Assembly (NCBI GenBank): GCA_022827275.1
Contig: JAJDTG010000008.1
Location: 3,510 to 67,509 of the forward strand
DNA length: 64,000 nucleotides
Direction of reading: 5' to 3'
Source: Candidatus Dadabacteria bacterium
GTDB taxonomy: Bacteria > Desulfobacterota_D > UBA1144 > Nemesobacterales > Nemesobacteraceae
The notes under the pieces were generated by a model that saw only the letters and a list, made by a program, of their open reading frames with translations, was not told where the DNA came from and searched no databases. A program made the position numbers and the translations under genes. Positions 30,947 through 38,635 of this stretch are shown piece by piece (within the stretch, counting starts at the first letter, position 1; every line of letters starts with the position of its first letter).

Positions 30947-31300
30947 TTATTCGCCCGAAACGCTGTTTTTCCTTAGAAAATCGAATGTATAGAATCCGGT
31001 TTCGCACCAGTTCTCGCCTATGAACCTTATGGCGTAGTTCCCGACGTACTCTATCTTCTCAGGTGTCATGCTGCTTTTTCCGAGGGGTATCCGTTTTTTA
31101 AACGGAAGTTTTCCGGTCCTGCTTTTTTTCCTGAGCCTCCTGCATGTGGCGCAGGGACAGATCTCTCTTAGCTCGTCGTAGAAGAATATGCTCTCTTCAC
31201 CGTTGTCCCAGACGATCTGAAGAGCTTTTTCGGTAAATTCGTTTATTTCTTTAGGTTTTGTGCTCACGACACGATATTCTACCCGCCCGCTTGACCGCAA
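30947..31300 (-). CDS. DUF971-like small protein with a CPCATC motif
   Basis: 117 aa. Carries the conserved ICPCATC cysteine cluster reminiscent of DUF971 (gamma-butyrobetaine hydroxylase-like N-terminal). Confidence 0.45.
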   Translation of the reverse strand: MRSSGRVEYRVVSTKPKEINEFTEKALQIVWDNGEESIFFYDELREICPCATCRRLRKKSRTGKLPFKKRIPLGKSSMTPEKIEYVGNYAIRFIGENWCETGFYTFDFLRKNSVSGE

Positions 31301-31422
31301 TCGATTTAAATCGGTTTAATTGTGTTATGCCGGGGCTTTTCGCACCCTGGATTCGCCCGGTATCGGCGGGTTGCGGTCAATTTGCGGACAGTTAACGCAA
31401 GCAGTTATAATCAAACCTTGAA

Positions 31423-32187
31423 ATGAGCGAGCAGGAACAGGATGCGCTCTCGGCGACGGTCAAATGGGTCCAGGAAGCTTCCCGGATAGTTTTTCTAACG
31501 GGAGTTGAACTCTCCCTTGAAGTCGGACTTCCTGACGTTTCGGATCTGAGCTTCAATCCCGACATAGGGAAATTCAAGAATCGCCCGGAGGTAAGGAGAG
31601 AGTACTGGGAAAAGATAAAGGATTTTTATCCCAGAATCTCGGAGGCCAGGCCTTCTCCTGCCCACGAAGCCATTTACGAGATGGAGTTTCTCTGCAATGT
31701 CGACTGCGTTCTTACCCAGGCGGCCGACGGCCTGCACGGCAAGACCGGCAGCGAAAAAATAATAGAGATATACTCGACGATAAACTGGATCCACTGCCAT
31801 GAATGCGGAAACGATTACCGCACCGACGGGATTCTGCTTTCCCTTGAGGACAGCAAGACCGGCATTCCGAAATGCAGGGAATGCCAGAGCGATCAGATGA
31901 AGCCTCCGCTGTCCTTTCCGGGACAGCCGCTTCCTCACTGGGAGATAAGGGAGTCCTGGATGAGGCTTCAGCACTGCGATCTTTTCATAGTCGTCGGGGC
32001 GAATCTGGAAATCGAGCCCGTGGCGTCTTTTCCCTTCCAGGTCATGAACAAGGGGAACAAGGTCGTTATTATCGGCGAGAGGAACACTCCGGCCGACAAT
32101 TACGTAAGTGCCGTCATATACGGAAGCCCGAGCCAGGTCATGCCTTACATAGTCGATAAACTCAAAGAAACCCATACGGTCTCCTGA
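31423..32187 (+). CDS. cobB: Sir2-family NAD-dependent protein deacylase (sirtuin)
   Basis: Catalytic HG (GLHGKTG). Zn-ribbon CHECG...CRECQ. C-terminal Rossmann VVGANLEIEP. The N-terminal GAGIS motif is divergent (TGVELSLEVGLPDV). Confidence 0.75.
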   Translation: MSEQEQDALSATVKWVQEASRIVFLTGVELSLEVGLPDVSDLSFNPDIGKFKNRPEVRREYWEKIKDFYPRISEARPSPAHEAIYEMEFLCNVDCVLTQAADGLHGKTGSEKIIEIYSTINWIHCHECGNDYRTDGILLSLEDSKTGIPKCRECQSDQMKPPLSFPGQPLPHWEIRESWMRLQHCDLFIVVGANLEIEPVASFPFQVMNKGNKVVIIGERNTPADNYVSAVIYGSPSQVMPYIVDKLKETHTVS

Positions 32188-32224
32188 ACCGCGGGAGCCA
32201 TGGGAGGGGAACGGGAGAGCAGGC

Positions 32225-33739
32225 TTGTCCACCGAGATAAAAATTGATGATGAAGATGTCGCCCGGGAGATGGAACGTTATGTTTCTAATCTCGACAGGG
32301 ACATCTACACCATAAGCAACATTCCCGAGGAAGTCGTTGCCGTCATCTTCGCCTACGTAAGCAGAAGTCCCAAAAGTTTCAGGGAAAACATAGACACCGT
32401 CATAAGGGAGCAGGAAATGGGGAGGGACAGGGCGGAGAAGTTCCATGAGAAGTGGGTTCTTAACTACGGCCACGCCTCCGTTGCCGAGCACGCCACCGTG
32501 CACATAGGCGTTGAGAGGGTCTCAAGACTTTTTTCCTCCCTGCTCGAATGCGCAAACGAATTCCTCTCGTTCACCGAGTACTCCCAGAGATACCAGAGAC
32601 CGCGCAAAGGCGATAACTATATTCCCGGCGAGCTCGGCTCGCACCCGGCCCTAGAAAGAGAGTTCAAAGAGCTCTGCGATTTTCAGTACGATATTTATTC
32701 AAGACTTAACGACGAGCTTTTTCTTTTTCTCAAGAAAAAATTTCCCGCTCCCCGGGGCAAGGATGAAAAGGCCCATTTCAGGGCGCTTGAGAAAATAGCG
32801 TTTGAGGACGCGAGATACGCTCTTAATCTTTCAACGCTCACGAATCTCGGAATGACGGCAAACGCGAGGGCGGTGGAAGAGACCATCTCCACCCTTCTCT
32901 CAAGCCGCTACAAGGAGGCAAGAGACAGGGCCGAGGAGATAAAAAACGAGGTCAGGTTCTCGGTTCCGACCCTCGTTAAGTATGCTGACGAGAACCCCTA
33001 CATAGTAAAAACGCGCGAGGCGCTTGCGGAACTCTCGGCCGGTCTTTATGACGGCGCGGGGGACAGTCCCCGCGACGGATCCTCGGTCGCTCTTTTTGAC
33101 TACACTGGACGGGGAAGCGAAAGTCCCCAGGCCGACGCCTTAAGGGAGATCGCAAGAGGGCTTCTTTTTGAATTCTCGGACCTTTCGGTCGGCGATATAG
33201 AGAGACATCTCTCCGAGAACACCCCGGAGCTTGAGGGGATATTCTCAAGCGCTGTCCGCTCTCTTGGAAAGCACGATAACCCGGTCGGTATATTCAGATC
33301 GGTTAACTACAACGCGGAGTTTGTCCTTAGCGAGGCGGCGTGGCATCAGCTGCTCAGGCACAGAAAAGTCATCTGGACCGTTAAGGAGCCTTCTGTGGGA
33401 GAGGGCGTGACTGTTCCGCCGCACATTACGGAATCAGGAACCGAAGAGCTTCTGCTCGAAGCCGTCGCGAGAAGCGAGAGTTTCTATGAAAAGCTTGTCC
33501 AGGCCGGTTTTCGTGACGTAGCAAGTTATGTCGTCACAAATGCCCATAACAGGAGAGTCTCCGGCAGGTTTGATCTCTGGGAGTTATACCACCTGACGAA
33601 TCTTCGGATGTCGGAGGGCGCGCAGTGGGATATAAAAAACGTGATCGGGCAGCTCGCGGGAGAAATTGAAAAAGTACATCCGCTTTTTGTTCGTTCTGCC
33701 TTGGGAAGGGTGATCAAGGAAGGAGGAGAGGCAGTCTGA
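32225..33739 (+). CDS. thyX: FAD-dependent thymidylate synthase ThyX-like, tandem-domain form
   Basis: 504 aa. The N-terminal half carries GHASVAEH...SRLF...EYSQRY, which is ThyX-like but lacks RHR. The C-terminal half carries AAWHQLLRHR, the ThyX RHR motif. Confidence 0.55.
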   Translation: MSTEIKIDDEDVAREMERYVSNLDRDIYTISNIPEEVVAVIFAYVSRSPKSFRENIDTVIREQEMGRDRAEKFHEKWVLNYGHASVAEHATVHIGVERVSRLFSSLLECANEFLSFTEYSQRYQRPRKGDNYIPGELGSHPALEREFKELCDFQYDIYSRLNDELFLFLKKKFPAPRGKDEKAHFRALEKIAFEDARYALNLSTLTNLGMTANARAVEETISTLLSSRYKEARDRAEEIKNEVRFSVPTLVKYADENPYIVKTREALAELSAGLYDGAGDSPRDGSSVALFDYTGRGSESPQADALREIARGLLFEFSDLSVGDIERHLSENTPELEGIFSSAVRSLGKHDNPVGIFRSVNYNAEFVLSEAAWHQLLRHRKVIWTVKEPSVGEGVTVPPHITESGTEELLLEAVARSESFYEKLVQAGFRDVASYVVTNAHNRRVSGRFDLWELYHLTNLRMSEGAQWDIKNVIGQLAGEIEKVHPLFVRSALGRVIKEGGEAV

Positions 33740-33945
33740 TGCCCATGCGGCCCGTCAGAAGATGTGAAGAGTGCGGTTACGAGACCACCGCAAAAATGGA
33801 CGTATGTCTTTCCTGTGGAGAGAGTATGCGGCGCAGGTCCAAGGGAGGAGTGAGGGGACTTCTTCGAGGCCTGATACTTGTAGCGGTTGCAATTTACATT
33901 CTTCTGTCCGCGTTTCAGGTTTTCGGATTCTTGCCGGGAGCGTGA
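33739..33945 (+). CDS. zinc-ribbon membrane protein (hypothetical)
   Basis: 68 aa. CEECG...CLSCG zinc ribbon followed by a single TM helix. Its start overlaps the thyX-like stop. Confidence 0.35.
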   Translation: MPMRPVRRCEECGYETTAKMDVCLSCGESMRRRSKGGVRGLLRGLILVAVAIYILLSAFQVFGFLPGA

Positions 33946-34447
33946 TGCCGTGGCTGATTCTGAGCATGTCCTGAAAGCAAAGGAGGGAGCGGCGGCCTGG
34001 AACCGGTGGCGCGAGGATGAACCCGACGTCATGCCGGATCTTGGTTGGGCGAACCTTAACGGACTCAATTTTGACGGGGCGGTGTTTGCGAAATCAGCTC
34101 TCAAGCTTGCTTTCTGCAAGGGGTGCAGCTTCGTGGGCGCGGATTTCTCCGGGGCCAACATGCGGGGGGTGAACCTTGAGGGGTGTGATCTTCGCGGCGC
34201 GGTGCTGAGGGACGCGAATCTTGAAGGCGCACACATGCTGGGTGCCGATCTCACGGGCGCCGATTTTGCCGGAGCTAATCTCAAGCTTGCGAATTTCGAC
34301 GGGGCGATACTAAAGGACGCAAACCTTGCGGGGGCAAAGAAATTACGGGCTCCGCAGCTTTTTGCTCTAAAGAGCCTTGAAAATCTCAGGGTTTCGGAGC
34401 AGATCCTTGAGAAAGTGAAAAGTCAGTCTCCTCATCTGTTTGGGTAA
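33887..34447 (+). CDS. pentapeptide-repeat protein
   Basis: Tandem A(D/N)LxG pentapeptide repeats (ANLNGLNFDGAVFAK...ADLTGADFAGANLKLANFDGAILKDANLAGA). Start codon uncertain; a GTG near 33949 is possible. Confidence 0.65.
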   Translation: MQFTFFCPRFRFSDSCRERDAVADSEHVLKAKEGAAAWNRWREDEPDVMPDLGWANLNGLNFDGAVFAKSALKLAFCKGCSFVGADFSGANMRGVNLEGCDLRGAVLRDANLEGAHMLGADLTGADFAGANLKLANFDGAILKDANLAGAKKLRAPQLFALKSLENLRVSEQILEKVKSQSPHLFG

Positions 34448-34523
34448 TTCCCGCTTCATCTTTGACCCTTTCGTTAAGTTTCTGCAGAGTTTTTATATTC
34501 GGGATGGATATCGGACCTGGTTT

Positions 34524-34590
34524 CCGGTATTATATTCTCAAAATATCGAATAATAATACTTTTTGCATATGAATACGGAGAATGCAGTGG
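34524..34590 (+). repeat. 67-bp direct repeat copy 1 (operator-like, contains an internal inverted repeat)
   Basis: About 90% identical to 34631..34697. Contains ATTATATTC...GAATAATAAT inverted half-sites. Ends with ATGAATACGGAGAATGCAGTGG. Confidence 0.8.
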
Positions 34591-34630
34591 AGAATAACTC
34601 TGACGGAACGGAAGAAGGCGAGCTTGACTT

Positions 34631-34697
34631 CCGATATTATATTCTTAATATATTGAATAATAATACTTTCTGCATATGAATACGGAGAATGTAATGG
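34631..34697 (+). repeat. 67-bp direct repeat copy 2, overlapping the abiEi start
   Basis: Same unit as copy 1, 107 bp downstream. Carries the GGAGA RBS and the start codon of abiEi. Confidence 0.8.
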
Positions 34698-35491
34698 ATA
34701 AGAATCATCCCAGAGCAAGCGACGTCATAGACGGGTTCGCTTCCGTCGGCCGGTATCATTTCACCACCGCCCAGATGCGTTCCGCGCTGGGCGTATCGGA
34801 TGCCGCAGCCGGGCTTGCCCTGAACAGGCTTAAGAAAAAGGGGCTTGTCGCAAGTCCCTCAAGAGGGTTCCATGTCATCATTCCTCCCGAATACAGGCGT
34901 ATCGGGTGTCTGCCCCCGGAGCAGTTCATCTCGCAGCTCATGAAACACAGAAAACGGGAATACTATGTCGCATTATTGTCCGCGGCCGAGTATCACGGAG
35001 CAGCCCATCACCGCCCGCAGATTTTTCAGGTGGCCGTCGCCGGGAACCACAGACCGATTTTCTGCGGTATGGTCAGGATTTTCTTCATCTCCCGGGCGCG
35101 CATTTCCGAGGTTCCGCTCATGAGTCGTAACACCCGGTGCGGAACCATTATGCTTTCAAGCCCTGAAGCGACCGCGATTGACCTTGTGGGTTACGCGAGA
35201 AAGTCCGCAGGTTGGGACAATGTGGCGACGGTTCTTTGCGAACTCGCTGAAGAGATTGATCCTGATCTGCTGTGCGAGGCCGCGCGCACCGCTCCGCTTA
35301 CGTGGGCTCAGCGCCTTGGATATCTTCTGGAACTTGTCGATGCGGAAGACAAGGCGGGGCCGCTTAAATCCTATGTCCGTTGCCGTGCCCGCGACTTTAC
35401 TCCTCTCGTTCCTTACGCGTCTGTGGATAATGCCTGGCGCGCTGATGACTGGCGGGTGCTTGTAAACGCCGAGGTGGAGTCCGAGGTATGA
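34694..35491 (+). CDS. abiEi: AbiEi antitoxin / transcriptional regulator (type IV TA, abortive infection)
   Basis: N-terminal winged-HTH region and a C-terminal domain typical of AbiEi (COG5340-like). Start set at the ATG at 34694, preceded by GGAGA, rather than the in-frame repeat-encoded ATG at 34676. Overlaps the downstream toxin gene by 4 nt. Confidence 0.75.
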   Translation: MDKNHPRASDVIDGFASVGRYHFTTAQMRSALGVSDAAAGLALNRLKKKGLVASPSRGFHVIIPPEYRRIGCLPPEQFISQLMKHRKREYYVALLSAAEYHGAAHHRPQIFQVAVAGNHRPIFCGMVRIFFISRARISEVPLMSRNTRCGTIMLSSPEATAIDLVGYARKSAGWDNVATVLCELAEEIDPDLLCEAARTAPLTWAQRLGYLLELVDAEDKAGPLKSYVRCRARDFTPLVPYASVDNAWRADDWRVLVNAEVESEV

Positions 35492-36303
35492 TTCTGCGCG
35501 AACACATCGCCGAGTGGCGAAACCAGGCTCCATGGATCCGGGATTTTCATGTTGAACAGGACCTGATAATAAGCCGCGCGGTGGCGGAAATATTTTCGCA
35601 TCCGGTACTGGCTTCCGAACTCGCATTCCGGGGCGGCACCGCACTCTACAAGCTCTATCTTAAGCCTCCGGGACGTTATTCTGAGGATATTGACTTGGTC
35701 AGGATGCATTCCGGTCCTGCAGGCCACATGATGGATGCCTTGCATGAAGTTCTCGATCCGTGGCTCGGCAAACCCAAGTGGAAACAGAGCCGCCGCTCTA
35801 TCAAGTTTCTTTACAGGTTTGATTCGGCAGACACGCCGCCACTGCGTATGACCCTTAAAATTGAAATCAATCCGAATGAGCATTTCTCAGTTTTCGGATA
35901 CGAAAAAGTTCCTTTCTCCGTAGATTCTTCCTGGTTCAGCGGAAGCACCGATGTTGTCACTTACTCTCTTGACGAACTTCTCGGTACGAAGCTGCGCGCT
36001 CTTTATCAGCGCAAAAAAGGCAGAGATCTTTTCGACCTGGCAACGGCACTTGACAGCGCGTCGGTGAATCCGGACCGGATTATTGCCGCTTTTACCGAGT
36101 ATCTGAAACTGGAAGGTCACAACGTCACCCGAGCCTTGTTCGAACGAAACATGGAGAACAAGCTTCAGGACCCGGGCTTTGAAGACGACATAGTGCCGCT
36201 ACTGGTGCCGGGGCAACATTGGGATATGGAGGAGTCGGCCAGAAAAGTTTCCGCGCGCCTGATTGAGCTTCTTCCCGGCGAGCCGTGGAAGGGCGAAGAA
36301 TGA
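35488..36303 (+). CDS. abiEii: AbiEii/AbiGii nucleotidyltransferase toxin (DUF1814 family)
   Basis: 271 aa. GGTALYKLYL...RYSEDIDL nucleotidyltransferase motif (GS/GG...D.D) characteristic of AbiEii. Confidence 0.85.
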   Translation: MILREHIAEWRNQAPWIRDFHVEQDLIISRAVAEIFSHPVLASELAFRGGTALYKLYLKPPGRYSEDIDLVRMHSGPAGHMMDALHEVLDPWLGKPKWKQSRRSIKFLYRFDSADTPPLRMTLKIEINPNEHFSVFGYEKVPFSVDSSWFSGSTDVVTYSLDELLGTKLRALYQRKKGRDLFDLATALDSASVNPDRIIAAFTEYLKLEGHNVTRALFERNMENKLQDPGFEDDIVPLLVPGQHWDMEESARKVSARLIELLPGEPWKGEE

Positions 36304-36397
36304 TCACGAGAGACCGTGCGGCGACCATAATAAATTCCGTTTCCCTGATAATTCCGTTTGCGGGCCACGCTTCGGTCGATTAACTTACCATACTGCG

Positions 36398-37549
36398 ATG
36401 GACAGAAAGATATACGGCGTATCGGAGCTTAACTCTTCAATAAAAGAGGCCATAGAGCTTGAGTTCGGTGGGGAGACTATATGGGTCGCGGGAGAGGTCT
36501 CGGACTTCAAGGGACACTACGCAAGTGGCCACTGGTATTTCTCCCTTAAGGACAGAAGCTCCCAGATATCCGCTGCCTGTTTCAGAAGAAGTAACCAGGG
36601 AATAAAACTCACTCCTGAGAACGGGATGGACGTCATATGCGCCGCGCGGGTTGGGGTTTATGAGAAAAACGGCGTTTACCAGCTCTACGTAAGCGACATG
36701 GAGCCAAAAGGCGTCGGAGCGGACGCTCTCGCGCTTGAAAAGCTCAAGCAGAAGCTTTCTGAAGAGGGCCTTTTCGATCTCTCGAAAAAACGCCCGCTTC
36801 CATTTTTATCTCGGAAAATAGGCGTTGTTACATCTCCTTCGGGTGCCGCGGTGAGGGATTTTATCAAGGTTGTGCACAGGAGGTTTCCCGACGTAGAGGT
36901 TGTTATTTCCCCGGCGAGCGTTCAGGGAGACGGCGCTCCGGGAGAGATAGCGGCGGCCCTTGAGAGGCTCTACTCAATGGAGGCTCTGGACCTTGTCGTC
37001 GTGACCAGGGGAGGGGGGTCGAAAGAAGACCTGATAGCCTTTAACGATGAGGGGGTTGCGAGAAAGATAGCGGCTTCTCCGCTTCCCGTTATCTCGGCGG
37101 TGGGTCATGAAGTGGACGTGACGATAGCCGATCTTGTGGCGGACGTGAGGGCTGCTACTCCTTCCATGGCCGCCGAGCTTGCGGTAAGAGAAAAAAGGGA
37201 TGTCACCGAAGATCTGGCGCAACTGCGCCGCAGGCTCGATTTTTCTCTCACAAGCCGCGTCGACATGTTCTCTATGCAGCTTGACGGGTTCGCAAACAGC
37301 TTCAGGCATCACATGACCTCAAGAATCGAAAATCTTGAGCGACGCGTGGAGACCTACTCGGGCAAGCTCACCTCGCTTAATCCTCTCGGCGTTCTGCAAA
37401 GGGGATACGCCATCGTCTCAAAAGAAAAAAGCGGGGAGATAGTAGAGGATTCCCGGACGCTTGAAGAGGAGGAAAGGCTTGTCCTGAGGCTCGGGAGGGG
37501 CAGGGCGTTTTGCAGCGTCGAGGGAGTGGAGAACGAACCGCAGACCTGA
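36398..37549 (+). CDS. xseA: exodeoxyribonuclease VII large subunit
   Basis: OB-fold N-terminal region (VSELNSSIKEAIE...IWVAGEVSDFK) and XseA catalytic region. Start chosen at MDRKIYGV rather than the ORF-track start at 36263, which overlaps abiEii. Confidence 0.85.
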   Translation: MDRKIYGVSELNSSIKEAIELEFGGETIWVAGEVSDFKGHYASGHWYFSLKDRSSQISAACFRRSNQGIKLTPENGMDVICAARVGVYEKNGVYQLYVSDMEPKGVGADALALEKLKQKLSEEGLFDLSKKRPLPFLSRKIGVVTSPSGAAVRDFIKVVHRRFPDVEVVISPASVQGDGAPGEIAAALERLYSMEALDLVVVTRGGGSKEDLIAFNDEGVARKIAASPLPVISAVGHEVDVTIADLVADVRAATPSMAAELAVREKRDVTEDLAQLRRRLDFSLTSRVDMFSMQLDGFANSFRHHMTSRIENLERRVETYSGKLTSLNPLGVLQRGYAIVSKEKSGEIVEDSRTLEEEERLVLRLGRGRAFCSVEGVENEPQT

Positions 37550-37552
37550 TCT

Positions 37553-38548
37553 TCAGAGAACAACCGAAAGACTTTTGAGCCTGACGACGGAGATGTTCTC
37601 TGAAAGCAGCAGATCTCTTGTTTCCTCAGACGGCAGCGCATCCGTAAGCAGAAGCCTTACCCTGCCGCCGAGGCCGCTTCTCAGGCTCTCCGCCGGACTG
37701 TCTCCGTCACGGAGCCTTTTAACGGTGCTTTCGATCCAAGTGCACGGAAGAAAAAGCATTACCGGCATTATCTCCCGGACATCAGCGAAAAAATCTTCTG
37801 TGTCTTCCGCGACGGCACCCCTCGTGGCGGTCTGCAGGGTAAGCAGATTGGCGAACCTGGAGAAGGAACCGCTTCCGGGAAGATAGGAGAATGTCTGGTC
37901 TTCAACCGAGACCTCGCCCAGTTCCTCTTCCGAGAGACGCAGCAGATCAAGCATCTCTCCCTGGGAGAAGCTTCTGCTCTTTTCTGCGCCGCCTCCCGCT
38001 CCGAATATTACGGCCGTGGCGCTCTCTTCCACCGAGCTTCCGACGGCGTTTATTTCATCCTTGAGTTTTTTTCTGGCGAGAAAACCGAATTTAACGGCGT
38101 TTGAGTAACTGACTACCTTCCCCTCAACGGGAGCTTTCTCATTTGCGCTCAGAAAGGCTTTTTCTATTTTTTCTCCGAGCGCGGACGCCTCGAGAAGCTC
38201 ACTTGCCTCATCTGTGCCCCCGCAGAGAACAAAGCAGTTTCCCGGGGAATCTGCAAGGATTTTCCCTGCTTCCCTAGCACCCCTTGAGGGAAGGCAAATC
38301 CCTCCCAGAGTCAATACCGCCAGTTCGAAAAAAAGACACGGCAGCGTGTTGGGCGAGAGCGTGACGATCCTGCTTCCCGTGGAAAAGCCTGAATTCAGGA
38401 GAAAGCAGGCTATGCTCTCAACTTCGGTAACGAGGTCGGGCCAGGTGATCTGTTTCCAGCTCCATCCGTCTTTTTTCTGAAACAGAAGCCTTGAGCCGTT
38501 TTCCTTCGTTCTTCGCAGAAGGAAGTTTCTGAAGTTTCTGTTTTCCAT
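37553..38548 (-). CDS. AMP-dependent synthetase/ligase-like protein, apparently truncated or degenerate
   Basis: About 332 aa from MENRNFRNF. Resembles the N-terminal half of acyl-CoA synthetases but with a degenerate P-loop (AVIFGAGGGAEKSRS), and the C-terminal subdomain is absent. The longer ORF-track version extends antisense into cca. Confidence 0.4.
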   Translation of the reverse strand: MENRNFRNFLLRRTKENGSRLLFQKKDGWSWKQITWPDLVTEVESIACFLLNSGFSTGSRIVTLSPNTLPCLFFELAVLTLGGICLPSRGAREAGKILADSPGNCFVLCGGTDEASELLEASALGEKIEKAFLSANEKAPVEGKVVSYSNAVKFGFLARKKLKDEINAVGSSVEESATAVIFGAGGGAEKSRSFSQGEMLDLLRLSEEELGEVSVEDQTFSYLPGSGSFSRFANLLTLQTATRGAVAEDTEDFFADVREIMPVMLFLPCTWIESTVKRLRDGDSPAESLRSGLGGRVRLLLTDALPSEETRDLLLSENISVVRLKSLSVVL

Positions 38549-38635
38549 TTTTTTCGGACCGCCTTTACGGATTGTGATTCGGGTAGAATTAGAAACTATG
38601 ATTCTAACCGGTTTGCGCGCCGTGGTGGGGGATTC

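Noticed and set aside
31423-32187. Sir2 gene considered as a possible defence-system NADase effector (Thoeris/DSR-like)
   Set aside because: It has the catalytic His, a Zn-ribbon and the compact size of housekeeping sirtuin deacylases. It lacks the fused sensor domains of defence Sir2 proteins, so it is more likely CobB-like.
33526-34284. 252-aa minus-strand ORF with a repetitive APxKSAP-like sequence
   Set aside because: It is the mirror image of the pentapeptide-repeat coding sequence. The repetitiveness is inherited from the sense strand.
36263-36397. N-terminal extension of the xseA ORF back into abiEii
   Set aside because: The extension overlaps the abiEii 3' end. The conserved XseA N-terminus begins at MDRKIYGV (36398).
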